Counted from the first letter of the stretch, positions 1-14,300 are shown. The stretch is DNA of 64,000 nt from Eledone cirrhosa (GCA_964016885.1 OZ024744.1:118420001-118484000); one strand, 5' to 3'. Notes: generated by a model not told the origin, from the sequence alone. Program-made: numbers and translations.

Positions 1-435
1 GCCGTCACCTCCTTCCAGTTCTTTTCCACCTGGAGGTCCGGACCAAACCAGACCCCAAGCAGCTTTACCGGTCCTTCCGTCCAGCATGAGACCATGCCAT
101 CGGAAGGCATCGGTTTACCTCTCCACGCTCTGAGTTGCAAACCGACGGATTTGTCCCGGTTGAGCTTCGCTCCTGTGAACCTTTCCTATTCCTTCAGTAA
201 AGTGCCGACCTCCCCGATTTGCGAGGTGCTCGACACCATTACTGTCACGTCGTTGGCATAGGGCGACGCCACTTTTCGCAGTCCTGGTTCCAAAGGGATG
301 CTCTGAAATAGCTCCAAACTCCGCAGTAGTGGCTCGAGAGTCAGTACGTACAGAAGGGAGGAGAGAGGGCATCCCTGTTGGATGGATCGCGTGATATGGA
401 ACGGCTCCAAGAGATAGCCGTTCACCTTGACCCGA
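1..435 (-). mobile_element. L1/Tx1-clade LINE reverse transcriptase fragment (decayed)
   Basis: Minus-strand translation reads QGCPLSSLLYVLTLEPLL...SPYANDVTV...KLLGVWFGP, matching RT motifs and the copy at 42397-43281. Confidence 0.85.
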
Positions 436-456
436 TGTTGCTGCTGATCGATAGAT

Positions 457-1206
457 ATATTTCTATTTATTGCCACGAGGGCGCAAAAGAAGGGGGCAAA
501 TACAAGGGGAGGGGGGAGGGAGTTTACACAAAAAGGTGAGTAAAGAAAACAAATAAATATAAAACAAATAAATATAAAATTAACAATAGAGTCCTCAATA
601 GGGAGAAGGCGTTTTGGGGGGTCGCACACACACACCCGAAAAAAGGCTGATGTAGAGAGAAGGCCCATTCACACGGGCCATTCTCGCCACTTTCACCCAC
701 CTTTCATAAAAACGACTGATAGACAGATAGATAGATATGTTTCTTTATTAGTCACAGGGGCACAAAAGAAGGGGACAAATACAAAGGGGGAAGTTTACAT
801 ACAATAAAAATGTGTAAAATGCTATCCCAAATGTAATTTAAAAATTAATCGATTTTCCCCAATAGGGGGAGACATTTCATATGGATAACACATACCCCCG
901 AAAAAAATGTGCAACCCTCATCTCCAGGAGTACGAAGAGTTTGTACTCCTTTCCTCTCTTCCTCCTCAACCTACAGGCTGATATAGAGAGAAGGCCTATT
1001 CACTCGGGCCATTCTCGCCACATTCACCCACCTTTCATAAAACTTGCTGGGGTACACCTCTCTCTCCATCCTGATTCTTCTTCCAAAGTGGTATTTGAAA
1101 AAAAAGAATCAGTTGTTGGCCGGAGAGAAAGGTGTCTGACCTCAGCCCTTTCAACCTTGTCCACCATACAACCTCTTTCGTTCGCCATAGCTAGCTAAAT
1201 AGATAA

Positions 1207-1249
<43 letters not shown>

Positions 1250-2110
1250 TATTTCTTTATTGGCCACAAGGGCGCACAAGAAAAGGGGACAATACAAAGA
1301 CATGCCGGGGATTTTACATACAGTCGTGTAAAAAAATTATAAAACAAACAATTATAACAATCGAAATCCCCAATAGGGAGGAGACGCCACAAATGGGTTG
1401 TTTAATACCCCGTCGATAGAACAACCCTCAACTTCAGGAGCGTGTTGTGCAAGTGCTCCCTTCTTCCTTTTGCTCTCTTCTTTAACCTACAGGCTTATAA
1501 ACAGAGAAGGCCCAATCACTTGGGCCATTTTCGCTTCATTCACCCCACCTTTCAGTAAATTTACTGGGGGTGCAGTGCCTCTCTCGGATAGATAGATAGA
1601 TACACCGATACACAGACAGACAGATAGATAGATACACCAATACACAGACAGATAGATAGATACAATACACCAATAGATAGATAGATAGATACACCAATAC
1701 ACAGACAGATAGATAGATACAATACACCAATAGATAGATAGATAGATACAATACACCAATAGATAGATAGATAGATACAATACACCAATACACAGACAGA
1801 TAGATAGATACACCAATACACAGACAGATAGATAGATACAATACACCAATAGATAGATAGATACACCAATACACAGACAGATAGATAGATACAATACACC
1901 AATAGATAGATAGATACACCAATACACAGACAGATAGATAGGTAGATAGATACACCAATACACAGACAGATAGATAGATAGATACAATACACCAATACAC
2001 AGAGGCAGACAGATAGATAGATACAATACACCGATAGATAGATACACAGAGGCAGACAGATAGATTTCTTTATTTGCCACAAGGGCGCACAAGAAATGGG
2101 ACAAAGACAA
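457..2110 (-). mobile_element. Stack of four L1/Tx1 3'-end fragments (approx. 457-715, 738-1190, 1250-1565, 2062-2110)
   Basis: Three carry 'gaaaggtgggtgaa..gcgagaatggccc', homologous to 42060-42130 and 44150-44220. All end in 'gcgcccttgtggc(a)aataaagaaa'-like sequence followed by (TCTA)n on the minus strand. Confidence 0.75.
1587..2062. repeat. (TAGA)n / ATACACCAATACACAGACAG compound minisatellite
   Basis: Directly visible tandem units; these generate the spurious CIGVLYLSI ORFs. Confidence 0.9.
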
Positions 2111-2629
2111 GCTAGAGACAGACAGACAGATACAAAACACAGAGACAGTATTGTGGATGCTTAAAACTAGTATAAGTACACAAACTTTTCAACGGAGAAT
2201 TATAAACATTCTCTGGAAATATTGAAAATATCAAGTATAGTGGATGTTTATGTGAAACTAATTTACTAATAATAACTTAATGAATGCGCAACAAGATAGT
2301 TGCATCGATGATGATGATGATGATGGTGGTGATCGTGATGGTAGGGATTGTGGTGGTGGTGGTGGTCTAGTCATGTAACTTAGTTTCCGGCTTGTTGCTT
2401 ATTGAGATCGAAGGAAACGGTGCTAACATTTAAGGATTAGATTAAATAAATCACCTTATCCCATACTTTACTGATAAGACCACCCCCAACACGCTAAACA
2501 CACACACACACACACACATATATATAGAAGTGGTTACACAACAATTAGTTCACCTTAGCGGATCCTCAGCTCGTAGTGTACTCACTACCGATATAGAGTT
2601 TTAATATTCAGTTTATTTAAGTTTTTAAG

Positions 2630-2681
2630 TTCTTGTCTGATGACCCTGTGATAAACAAGCGAAACACTGGAGTAACAAGAA
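2630..2681 (+). ncRNA. Type I hammerhead ribozyme motif
   Basis: ttcttgt-CTGATGA-(weak stem II)-GAAAC-actgga-GTA-acaagaa; 7-bp stem I and canonical core with a GUA cleavage triplet. Confidence 0.7.
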
Positions 2682-3759
2682 AACTTTATATATATATATA
2701 TATATGTTATAGAATACTATTAGCTTCTCGCTAAAACAATTTCTATACCTTTCATTTATATATATATATATATATGATATACTTTATATTTTATATGGAA
2801 GTGAATAAATAATTTCGTGCGTGGGGTGAAGTGAAGGCAATAATAAATTTATTGTTAAACCCTACATTATTATTGATGTAGACTTATTTCTAAAAGGTGT
2901 TCCATCTGTGGCAATCCTTCCTTCTGTAATTGATTTTACTCTAGAGCTATTTAATTATTATCATTAAATGAATCCATTTAAAATGGTAAGGTGTAATTTC
3001 AGAAAGATTAAGCTGATATTTTTAACAAGTTTCTAGCTACCATCGTTTATTATATATATAGGTAGGTAAAAAAAAATATATATATATAGTAGGGTACGAA
3101 CTGGAGGTGATTCAGCTGCTCTTTCTAACAAGTCTAGCTACCATATAGAGGTCTTCGTTGGCACACACATACACACGCACACACATATAGATATATATAT
3201 ATAGATATATACACATACGCATATTCATACATACACACACATATACATACACATAGATACATATATACACATATACATAGATGACAGGTGAGATTTGGCT
3301 GCTATTTCTATAAAGAACGAGCTCCGACCATGCTGGTTGTGTTTGTAGGACATAGTTTTATGTGTAGTCGATTTGAAACGTCAGGTACATAATCGAATAT
3401 TAATAATATAAGACAGTTGATATTTCTTTAGTTGTGAGTCAAACAAATATTGTTCTATTTCAATAAACTTTATTATTTTATTATCATTTGCAAGTTTTTA
3501 GCTTCTGGCATGTTTAGTTGGTGTGACATTTCCACTATATATAACAAGCAACATTTAATGTGTTCTGGTTGTTAAATACATAGCTAAGTTCTTGTCACAA
3601 ACTTTATTATAGTAGAATATTAATATGTTCAGAATTACGATTATGATTATAATATAATATTAATAAGCATATCGTAAAGCAAAGAGAAGAGGAGGAACCA
3701 TATACGGTAAACTGTACAGAAACTATTAACGAAGAGTTTTCTTAGATCTTAAAACTGAA

Positions 3760-3767
3760 GTACACGT

Positions 3768-3804
<37 letters not shown>

Positions 3805-5523
3805 CACGTACACACATATATATATATATATACACATACACACATATATATATATATACACATACACACATATATATATATACACATACACACATATATA
3901 TATATATACACATACACACATATATATATATATACACATACACACATATATATATACACGTACACACATATATATATATATATACACGTACACACATATA
4001 TATATATATATACACGTACACACATATATATATATATATACACGTACACACATATATATATATATATACACGTACACACATATATATATATATATACACG
4101 TACACACATATATATATATATATACACGTACACACATATATATATATACACATACACACATATATATATATACACATACACACATATATATATATACACA
4201 TACACACATATATATATATACACATACACACATATATATATATACACACATACACACATATATATATATACACATACACACATATATATATATACACATA
4301 CACACATATATATATATATACACATACACACATATATATATATACACATACACACATATATATATATACACATACACACATATATATATATACACATACA
4401 CACATATATATATATACACATACACACATATATATATATACACATACACACATATATATATATACACATACACACATATATATATATACACATACACACA
4501 TATATATATATACACATACACACATATATATATATACACATACACACATATATATATATACACATACACACATATATATATATACACATACACACATATA
4601 TATATATACACATACACACATATATATATATACACATACACACATATATATATATACACATACACACATATATATATATACACATACACACATATATATA
4701 TATACACATACACACATATATATATATATATACACATACACACATATATATATATATACACATACACACATATATATATATATACATATACACACATATA
4801 TATATATATACACATACACACATATATATATATATACACATACACACATATATATATATATACACATACACACATATATATATATATACACATACACACA
4901 TATATATATATATACACATACACACATATATATATATATACACATACACACATATATATATATATACACACATATATATATATATACACATACACACATA
5001 TATATATATACACATACACACATATATATATATATATACACATACACACATATATATATATATACACATACACACATATATATATATATACACATACACA
5101 CATATATATATATATACACATACACACATATATATATATATACACATACACACATATATATATATATACACATACACACATATATATATATATACACATA
5201 CACACATATATATATATATACACATACACATATATACATATATACACATATATATATATATACACATACACATATATATATATATACACATACACATATA
5301 TATATATATACACATACATATATATATACACATACACACATATATATATATATATACACATACACACATATATATATATATACACGTACACATATATATA
5401 TATATATATACACGTACACACATATATATATATATATACACGTACACACATATATATATATATATACACGTACACACATATATATATATACACGTACACA
5501 CATATATATATATATATACACGT

Positions 5524-5562
<39 letters not shown>

Positions 5563-5854
5563 CACGTACACACACATATACACGTACACACATATATATA
5601 CACGTACACACATATATATATACACGTACACACATATATACACGTACACACACATATATACACGTACACACACATATATATAATATACATGTACACACAC
5701 ATATATATAATATACACGTACACACACATATATATAATATACACGTACACACACATATATATAATATACACGTACACACACATATATATAATATACACGT
5801 ACACACACATATATATAATATACACGTACACACACATATATATAATATACACGT

Positions 5855-5887
<33 letters not shown>

Positions 5888-5980
5888 ATATAGACGTACA
5901 TATATATATATAATCTACACGTACACACATATATATAATATACACGTACACACACAGATATATATATATAATACATACAT
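3760..5980. repeat. 2.2-kb compound (TA)n/CACATACA/CACGTACA microsatellite
   Basis: Direct inspection; the 700-aa Y/I/C/V ORFs are artefacts of this repeat. Confidence 0.95.
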
Positions 5981-6530
5981 ATACCTATATTATTACAGGT
6001 CGTACGAGATTTAGTGGCAGGTACTCTAGATAGAAATTACAGGTGGACAGTAATAAGCAAATATTTAAACAGAGAAGGAGAGAGCTGGGGTGAAGTATGA
6101 TATAGTATGTATTTCAAATTTGGCAGATAATTAATATTCTCTTTAAACCTATCATCACCCTTAATCGATAAGACAAGCAATAAACATTATATATTCAATA
6201 CAAAAGCTTCGTTTGCAATTCTTTCAGAATGAAAATATAAACAGAGCATAAAAAGCTGTTTGTTTTGTTTCATAGATTTTTGTACTTACATAAAAATACA
6301 TTTGCTAGTTAATATATTATTAAATTTATATAATTAAAACAAGCTGTGTTTAAGTTTAGGTGTGCATCTATATATATATAGTAATAATAATAAATGTGAA
6401 GACTAAAATCCAAAGAGGGCTCGATAAGGATAAATATATATATCAAATATATAAGAACCGTTAAGTGTGAAAGCAGCGATTCTTTGCTTAAACTTTAATC
6501 TGTTATTTTAATAAATATATATATCCACCA

Positions 6531-8308
6531 CCACCATCATCATCATCATCAGTTTAACGTCCATTTTCCACGCTAGCATGAGTTTGGACGGGAATTTTCC
6601 CACTTGAGGCAAGATTGGTTGTCTTGCTCAGGACTGTCTGGCGGGTTTACTACGGCTGGATGCCCTTCCTAACACCAACCACATTTACAGTGTGGACTGG
6701 GAGGTTTTTACCATGTTACCTACACGGCTACATTACAGCGTGGACTGTGTTTTTTTGTCGTGACACCTACACGACCTCATTTATTTAGGACTGGATGTTG
6801 TGGTACCAACATAACTTTACATCGAAAGGGGTGGTGTAGATGGCGGTGGGGTAGGGTTAGTGGGACGGGGGTGTATTTTGGTTAAGAGGTGCCTACTGAC
6901 TGTAGGTTTCGCTTTGTACTTAGGCAAGGCGGGTCTTCTGTATTACTGTGTAGCGCCAAAGATCTCGGTCCAGTGACATCGTCTTGGAGGTGTGTGTGAG
7001 GTCGGAATTTATCAAGTCGTCCCAGGTTTTTCTGGGTCTGCCTACTCCGTGGCTACCGTCTATCTTTATTGCCCTGCACTTTGTTATACAGCTGTCGTCT
7101 TTCATGCGCATCACGTGACCATACCAACGTAGCCTTCTCTCGAGTAAACAACATCTGATCCCTCTTATTCCTAATTTCTCCCTTAGTACGTTTATGCTTT
7201 GCCGTTCACATATATTACTATTACACATCCAACGGAGCATGCAAGCTTCGTTCCTCTCCACACAAGGCCCATGTATCACTGCCATGTAACATTGCTGTTC
7301 GTATGCAGGCATCATACAGCCTGCCTTTTATTTTTAGGGAGAACCCTTTAGCGGCCAATACTGGTATAAGCCCTCTGAACTTTTTCCATCCCGTTCTGAC
7401 TCTAACTACTGCACTTTCAGAGCACCCTCCGCCACTGCTGATTTTGTCACCCAGGTAACGGAAGCTGTCCACTATTTCTATAGAACCCTCTGCGCAATTG
7501 AAAGAGATAGTATTTTATGGGCACTTGCTGCTACTTATTGCACCAGAGCACCGGCCACATATAAAATCTATATTCTTAGTTAGCTTACCTGTGATCCCAC
7601 TACATCTTTTATGCACCCTTACTTTGCATTTGGGACATAAAATTGAGTTTCTGCCTACGCCTTTCCTACACTCTGAGCATGGCCATTTCCCAGATGGGAC
7701 CAGTGCCCTATTCTCCTTCCTACATATTAGGACTTTAGTCTTAGACAAGTTAACTTTAAGGCCTTTTGATTCTAGGCCATGCTTCCATGTTTGGAATTTC
7801 TTCTCTAGTTCAGCCATTGATTCGGCTATGAGCGTTAGATCATCTGCGTATAGAAGTTCCCATGGGCAGCCGGTATTGAACTCCTCCGTTATAGCTTGGA
7901 GGGCGATAATAAATAGGAGGGGGCTAAGGACGGGGCCCTGATGAACACCAACTTTTACGCTAAACTCTTCACTATATTCGTTGTTAATTCTAACCTTGCT
8001 GACTGTTTCTTTATACATGGCTTGTATAGCTCTCACAAGCCATTCATCTACACCTAGTTTTTAAGAGCCCGCCAGATAATGGAGCGGAGTACTCTGTCAA
8101 AGGCTTTCTCCAGGTCTACAAAAGCTAAGTAGAGGGGTTTACTTTTAGCTAGGTACTTCTGTAGTTGTCGTACAAAGAAAAGAGCGTTTGTGGTACTTTT
8201 ACCTGACACAAACCCGAACTGCATTTCATCTAGATCAATTCGCTCTCTGATTAGTTGCGCTATTACTTTTTCTGTGACCTTCATGACCTGGTCAATTAAT
8301 TTAATGCC
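6531..8308 (-). mobile_element. RTE-clade LINE, 5'-truncated, RT with PHD-like finger, 3' UTR and (GAT)n tail
   Basis: MQFGFVSGKSTT, FVDLEKAFDRV, GVHQG, LLYADDL, DSFRYLG, RRLRWYGHVMR and GRPRKTW motifs; (CAT)n at 6531-6551. Confidence 0.93.
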
Positions 8309-8318
8309 TCTCTCTCTC

Positions 8319-8383
<65 letters not shown>

Positions 8384-8536
8384 GAGAGAGAGAGATTAAA
8401 TATTTTATTAAAAGACATCAACACATGTAAAATATTTCTTTTATTGTTAAATATGTTTAATCCTATTAATATCTGCACAGACATGTAGCAGCAACAGAAA
8501 AAGAAATAGTCACACACTAGTTGACAATTAATCCAT

Positions 8537-8596
<60 letters not shown>

Positions 8597-8715
8597 CTCA
8601 CATATATATACATACACACATAGGTATATATACATATATAGAGATATATATATAGTCATATATATATATATTCAAAATATTAACAAATGAAAAGTATTCA
8701 CATAATCAGAGTATG

Positions 8716-8779
8716 TTTTATTATACATATTTCAAAGGTACTGTGTTGTTTTTTCAGTACGTCCTCATCAGACAAAATA
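8716..8779 (-). ncRNA. Minimal type I hammerhead ribozyme motif (Penelope pLTR-type)
   Basis: Reverse complement: tattttgt-CTGATGA-ggacgtactg..cagtaccttt-GAAA-tatgta-TA-ataaaa. Confidence 0.7.
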
Positions 8780-8896
8780 TATGATTTGATATATGACACA
8801 CCGCTACGGTCTTGATTATACAATTCCAGTATTGGTTATATATATATAGAGAGAGATAGATAGATAGATAGTTATATATACAGAGAGTTAGATAGT

Positions 8897-9049
<153 letters not shown>

Positions 9050-9343
9050 CGTTATATATACAGACACATCTAGAGATACATATACAGACGTATATATATA
9101 CATGTATGTACATATATATATATATGTATACATACATATACATACATTATATATATATACATCACACATATACATACATATATATATACATACATATATA
9201 TACATCACACACATATATACATACATATATACATACACATATATACATACATACACACATATAAATATGCATACACACATATGAAAGTTATATACCTACA
9301 TACAGATATATATACATACATGCATAGATACATATATATATAC

Positions 9344-9951
9344 ATGGTGGCTGCCAACTCGTTTTCGAGTACGGCCACTACTTTATATACATGTAGGAGA
9401 ACCCCTACTGATGCGCTGAACGAGTGTGACTTTTTAGTCCAGCCAGCGACTTGAAAACTCTGGTACAAACACTACACTTGTGACAATTATTGACACATAG
9501 TGCTGGGCCCATGGTACCCTGTGACGACAAGTGCAGAGATCTCCAGATATAAAGCAATGCCTGTGCCGTGAAGCTTTTATAGTGAGCAAAGGCACTGCAC
9601 AAAGCCAGTCCCACTCTCTTAACCAAGATGATATTTACCAAAAAGAAGAACAAGTCAACATCATTGGATACCATCAGGGTTGCAGGTGTTATATCAGAGT
9701 TTTCCTTCTCCTAGAATTCTGCCTTGACAAAGGCTAAGGGGTCATCTCTCCCGGTGATTTTGGATGGCCATTGACTCTTAAGAGCTCCTTTGCCCTTTGA
9801 CAGGTTTTGTTTTTAGTCCTGCAGGATGTCCAAAGTCACCCTCCTCACCAAGAAACCTTGGTGGGGTTGCCAGTTTAGTCGCCAACGACCCGACCATGAG
9901 ACAGGTTGTACTGGGATACATGTTACCAGTAGCACCAACTGGTGACCTGAC
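9344..9951 (-). mobile_element. RTE-derived bipartite non-autonomous retroposon, copy 1
   Basis: RTE 5'-UTR-type motif tctaggagaaggaaaactctga joined to a C2H2 finger ([22 protein letters not shown]) and a hairpin + (TATG)n tail; near-identical copy at 40024-40634. Confidence 0.75.
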
Positions 9952-10403
9952 ATATATACATAAATACATACATATATACATACATACATATAGACATAAA
10001 TACATACATACATATAGACACATACATACATATATAAACGTTGCCGATTAATGAAAGTAAATTGTTCTGCAAAGTTTGTTTCACCATAATAATTGTTGTT
10101 GCGCATTCTTGGCAACATGTGATTGTGATATTTCTTACACAATATACTTTATATATAAAGAAGAAAAAACTTTAAAAAGCGATCGTTGAAATACGAAACA
10201 GCTGTGTTGAACCTAATAAACCTTTATTTGTCTGCCTCTCTGTTTTGTTCCCGTATAAATTTGCACTATATATATATCAAAGGGTAGAACTGTATTAAAC
10301 ATTCTTAACGGAAAATCGAGAACACTCTTGTATATATATATATGTATGTAGACTTAGCACTTTCCTGTAAACAAGTGATATTATGCCTCATATCATGTTA
10401 CCT

Positions 10404-10472
10404 TATTTTATCTGATGAGAACACAATTTTTGTCCCAGGATGATTTTGTATTCGAAATGTGCATAATAAAAT
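10404..10472 (+). ncRNA. Minimal type I hammerhead ribozyme motif
   Basis: tattttat-CTGATGA-gaacacaa..ttgtattc-GAAA-tgtgca-TA-ataaaata; perfect 8-bp stem I. Confidence 0.75.
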
Positions 10473-10566
10473 ATATGGAACTCTTTTAACCATCTTTTAA
10501 TTTCTTCTTATATATATATATATAATGTGTATGTGTTTACATGTCTGTTTATACACAATGTGTGTG

Positions 10567-10620
<54 letters not shown>

Positions 10621-11051
10621 CATTCACGGAGTCTCAATCGGTCTTGTATATGTACAGATTACATATATATATATTTATATATATATAAATTAATATATAT
10701 ATATAAATGAATATATTTATATATATATATATATATGCCAAAGACGGAAAACTTGAGCCACAACAGAAAATATATTCAAATAAATAATATATACATATTA
10801 TACACAATAATATATATATACAAAAGTCAAAATAAAACAATAAAATTGAGAAGAACCGGAATAAAGTAGAGTAAAGTTTGTTTTCCTAAAATAGATAAAT
10901 AAATAAAGTTATTAAAGTACTCACAAGATTTGTTTTAAAGTTTTCAGTAGTAGTGAAGAAGAAAACAAAATGTTGGCAACTATGTTCCTGCTGGTTCCCT
11001 CCCACTCTCTTGATGACGTCACACTCTAGACATGTCTTTACCACCATTAAC

Positions 11052-11630
11052 ACCTCTCTATCACTCTCTTTATTATCTTATACCTCTCTATCACTCTCTT
11101 TATTATCTTATACCTCTCTATCACTCTCTTTATTATCTTATACCTCTCTATCACTCTCTTTATTATCTTATACCTCTCTATCACTACCTCTCTATCACTT
11201 ATACCTCTCTATCTCTATCTTTATTACCTTCTCTCTATCTATCTATCTATCACTACCTCTCTATTTCTCTCTTTATTACCTTCTCTCTATCTATCTATCA
11301 CTACCTCTCTATCTCTCTTTTTATTACCTTCTCTCTATCTATCTATCACTACCTCTCTATCTCTCTCTTTATTACCTTCTCTCTATCTATCTATCACTAC
11401 CTCTCTATCTATCTCTTTATTACCTTCTCTCTATCTATCTATCACTATCTCTCTATCTCTCTCTTTATTACCTTCTCTCTATCTATCTATCACTACCTCT
11501 CTATCTCTCTCTTTATTACCTTCTCTCTATCTATCTATCACTACCTCTCTATCACACTATCTCTCTCTTTATTACCTTCTCTCTATCTCTCTATCTCCCT
11601 CTTTATTTTCTATCTATCTATCTATCTATC
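11052..11630. repeat. CT-rich minisatellite (30-bp units grading into ~48-bp units)
   Basis: tacctctctatcactctctttattatctta repeats, then ctatcactacctctctatctctctctttattaccttctctctatctat repeats. Confidence 0.85.
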
Positions 11631-11759
11631 ACTAAATACCACTTCTACTTATATATATATATGTATATATATATGTAGGAGGTGAGTTTTATTGTAGTAC
11701 AATAAAGCAATGCAGATATCGGATAAGAAGCACTCTACTGTTTGTAGGACTGGAGTATA

Positions 11760-12078
11760 AATAATATATAAGATCAAAAGATGGTTAAAAGAGTTCCATG
11801 TATTTTATTATGCGCATTTCAAAAACAAATATCATCATGCAATAACATTTGTGATTTCGTCAGATAAACTAGGAAGACATGATATGAAGGTTAAAATACA
11901 CTTGTGAATAGTGCAGTTTTGTTGATTTAAAACTGCACTATTCACAAGTGTATTTTAACCTTTATATCATGTCTTCCTAGTTTATCTGACGAAAACACAA
12001 ATGTTATTGCATGATGATATTTGTTTTTGAAATGCGCATAATAAAATACATGGAACTCTTTTAACCATCTTTTGATCT

Positions 12079-12088
<10 letters not shown>
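11760..12088. mobile_element. ~330-bp palindrome with two back-to-back hammerheads (minus ~11805-11868; plus 11981-12045)
   Basis: Arms fold around gtgcagtttt-gttgattt-aaaactgcac. Each arm reads tttat-CTGACGA-stem II-GAAA-tgcgca-TA-ataaa. Confidence 0.8.
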
Positions 12089-12122
<34 letters not shown>

Positions 12123-12131
<9 letters not shown>

Positions 12132-12537
12132 TAAAGAAATAATGAACAAACAATTCCTTATATTAAACAAAAAAAGTTCACTATTTAACGATCGTTTCTA
12201 GGGTATATATGTGTTATAATTGGTATGCATATTTAACAGATCTATGTACAAAATTATACAAAATTATACAAATTATCAAGATTAAATATACATACCTAAC
12301 TCATATATACGCCGTCTTCAGAAATAATCTGATTATTTCTGAAGACGGCGTATATATGAGTTAGGTATGTATATTTAATCTTGATAATTTGTATAATTTT
12401 GTATAATTTTGTACATAGATCTGTTAAATATGCATACCAATTATAACACATATATACCCTAGAAACGATCGTTAAATAGTGAACTTTTTTTGTTTAATAT
12501 AAGGAATTGTTTGTTCATTATTTCTTTAATATTTTAT
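12123..12537. mobile_element. 415-bp palindrome (1-nt loop at 12330) with two hammerheads having a long stem II
   Basis: Centre cagaaataatc-t-gattatttctg; plus-strand motif tattt-CTGAAGA-(~115 nt)-GAAA-cgatcg-TT-aaata at 12334-12478. Confidence 0.75.
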
Positions 12538-12668
12538 CTTGACTCTGTATACCGTTCATCTTTCACCGAAAGTGGATTTTCATTACATCTCTTCTTTCCA
12601 TGATATCCGGAATACATTGAGTTCTTCATACGGATTGGACACTACCGTAAACTCTTGGTAGATTTATC

Positions 12669-12719
<51 letters not shown>

Positions 12720-12821
12720 TAAAATAACAGATTTGGATTTTAGTCTTCAAATTTATTATTATTACTATATATATATATATAGTAATAATAATAAATTTAC
12801 TATATATATATATATATAGTA

Positions 12822-12926
12822 ATCTCGCCGAGGTTGACTTTGCCTTTCATCCTTACGGGGTCGATAAAATAAAGTACCAGTAATACACTGGTTAATTGCT
12901 GGCCTTGTGCCTAAAGTAGAAACAAT

Positions 12927-12928
<2 letters not shown>
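12822..12928 (+). mobile_element. Truncated SINE (Nin-domain-like core)
   Basis: gttgactttgcctttcatccttacggggtcgataaaataaagtacc, shared with the other SINE copies in the window. Confidence 0.8.
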
Positions 12929-12988
<60 letters not shown>

Positions 12989-12991
<3 letters not shown>

Positions 12992-13678
12992 AAAGTTTTA
13001 TTTAAAATTGTTGGGTTACAACAAGTAAATATTTTATAACCGATATAAAGCACTCGACAAGTTTTTGGAGTAGATATACGATATTAAACAAATGGAAACT
13101 ATATTTATAAAACCATATTTATTTCATTATACATATTTCAGGGATACCATATTAAAAATATGGCATGCCTTCGTCAGATAAAATACAATACATAAACAGT
13201 TTTATAAATAATGTTGACGTACCATAAATATAAGCGGCCATTTTTTTCTTTCTTTCCGTCTCTTCTCTAACTGTGCTTAACACTATAACTAAATAATTAC
13301 TGTACTCCCTCTCTCTTAAATCTCTCTATTTGTATGGTGAATTATTATTATTCATCTGTTGCCTCTCTTTTTTCACCTCCTCCTTCTTTCTCTCTCCCCT
13401 ATTTCTCTCTATTTCTCTCTGTTTTTCTTTACATACATTTCTTCTTTCTCTCCGTCTTTCTTTCTAACTGTGCTTAACACTATAACTAAATAATTATAAA
13501 CACTTCACTACCAAGCCAGCTTCCTACCTTAATGGTCGCTTATATTTATGGTACGTCAAAATTATTTATATATTGTATTTTATCTGACGAAGGCATGCCA
13601 TATTTTTAATATGGTATCCCTGAAATATGTATAATGAAATAAATATGGTTTTATAAATATAGTTTCCATTTGTTTAAT

Positions 13679-13683
<5 letters not shown>
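12989..13683. mobile_element. Non-autonomous Penelope-type module: inverted hammerhead-bearing arms (13080-13242 / 13531-13681) around a CT-rich spacer
   Basis: Hammerheads at 13120-13185 (-) and 13576-13641 (+): tattttat-CTGACGA-aggcatgccatatt..aatatggtatccct-GAAA-tatgta-TA-atgaaata; flanked by (TA)n. Confidence 0.8.
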
Positions 13684-13775
<92 letters not shown>

Positions 13776-13818
13776 TGCCTATTTGATAAGTGGAGTGTTA
13801 CACACTCCCAATTCTCTC

Positions 13819-13901
<83 letters not shown>

Positions 13902-13979
13902 CTTGTTGTATCCCAACAATTTTAAATACAACTTTTGCATATATATATATATATATATACTATATATATATATATATTG

Positions 13980-14101
<122 letters not shown>

Positions 14102-14236
14102 AAAGTCTATTTAAAATTGTTGGGATACAACAAGTAAATATATATATATATATATATTGTATATACATATATATATACTGCCAATACTGGAATTGAACCA
14201 TCAAGACAGTTGAGGTATGTCATACATCAATTCATG

Positions 14237-14300
14237 TATTTTATCTGACGAGGACGTACTGAAAAAACAGCACAGTACCTTCGAAATATATATAAAATAA
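14237..14300 (+). ncRNA. Hammerhead motif, slightly degenerate (same subfamily as 8716 and 18838)
   Basis: tattttat-CTGACGA-ggacgtactg..cagtaccttc-GAAA-tatata-TA; stem I 3' strand imperfect. Confidence 0.55.

Noticed and set aside
2985-3335. Three short related segments (..gctgctatttcta..), also near 51935
   Set aside because: Probably decayed SINE tails, but too degenerate to assign.
3726-5976. 700+ aa ORFs in three frames
   Set aside because: Translation of a (TA/CA) microsatellite lacking stops; not genes. The same applies to all YIYI, LSLS and CVCV ORFs.
9860-9951. HDV-like ribozyme at the 5' end of the RTE-derived element
   Set aside because: Small hairpins are present, but I could not build the P1/P1.1 nested pseudoknot by eye; needs a descriptor search.
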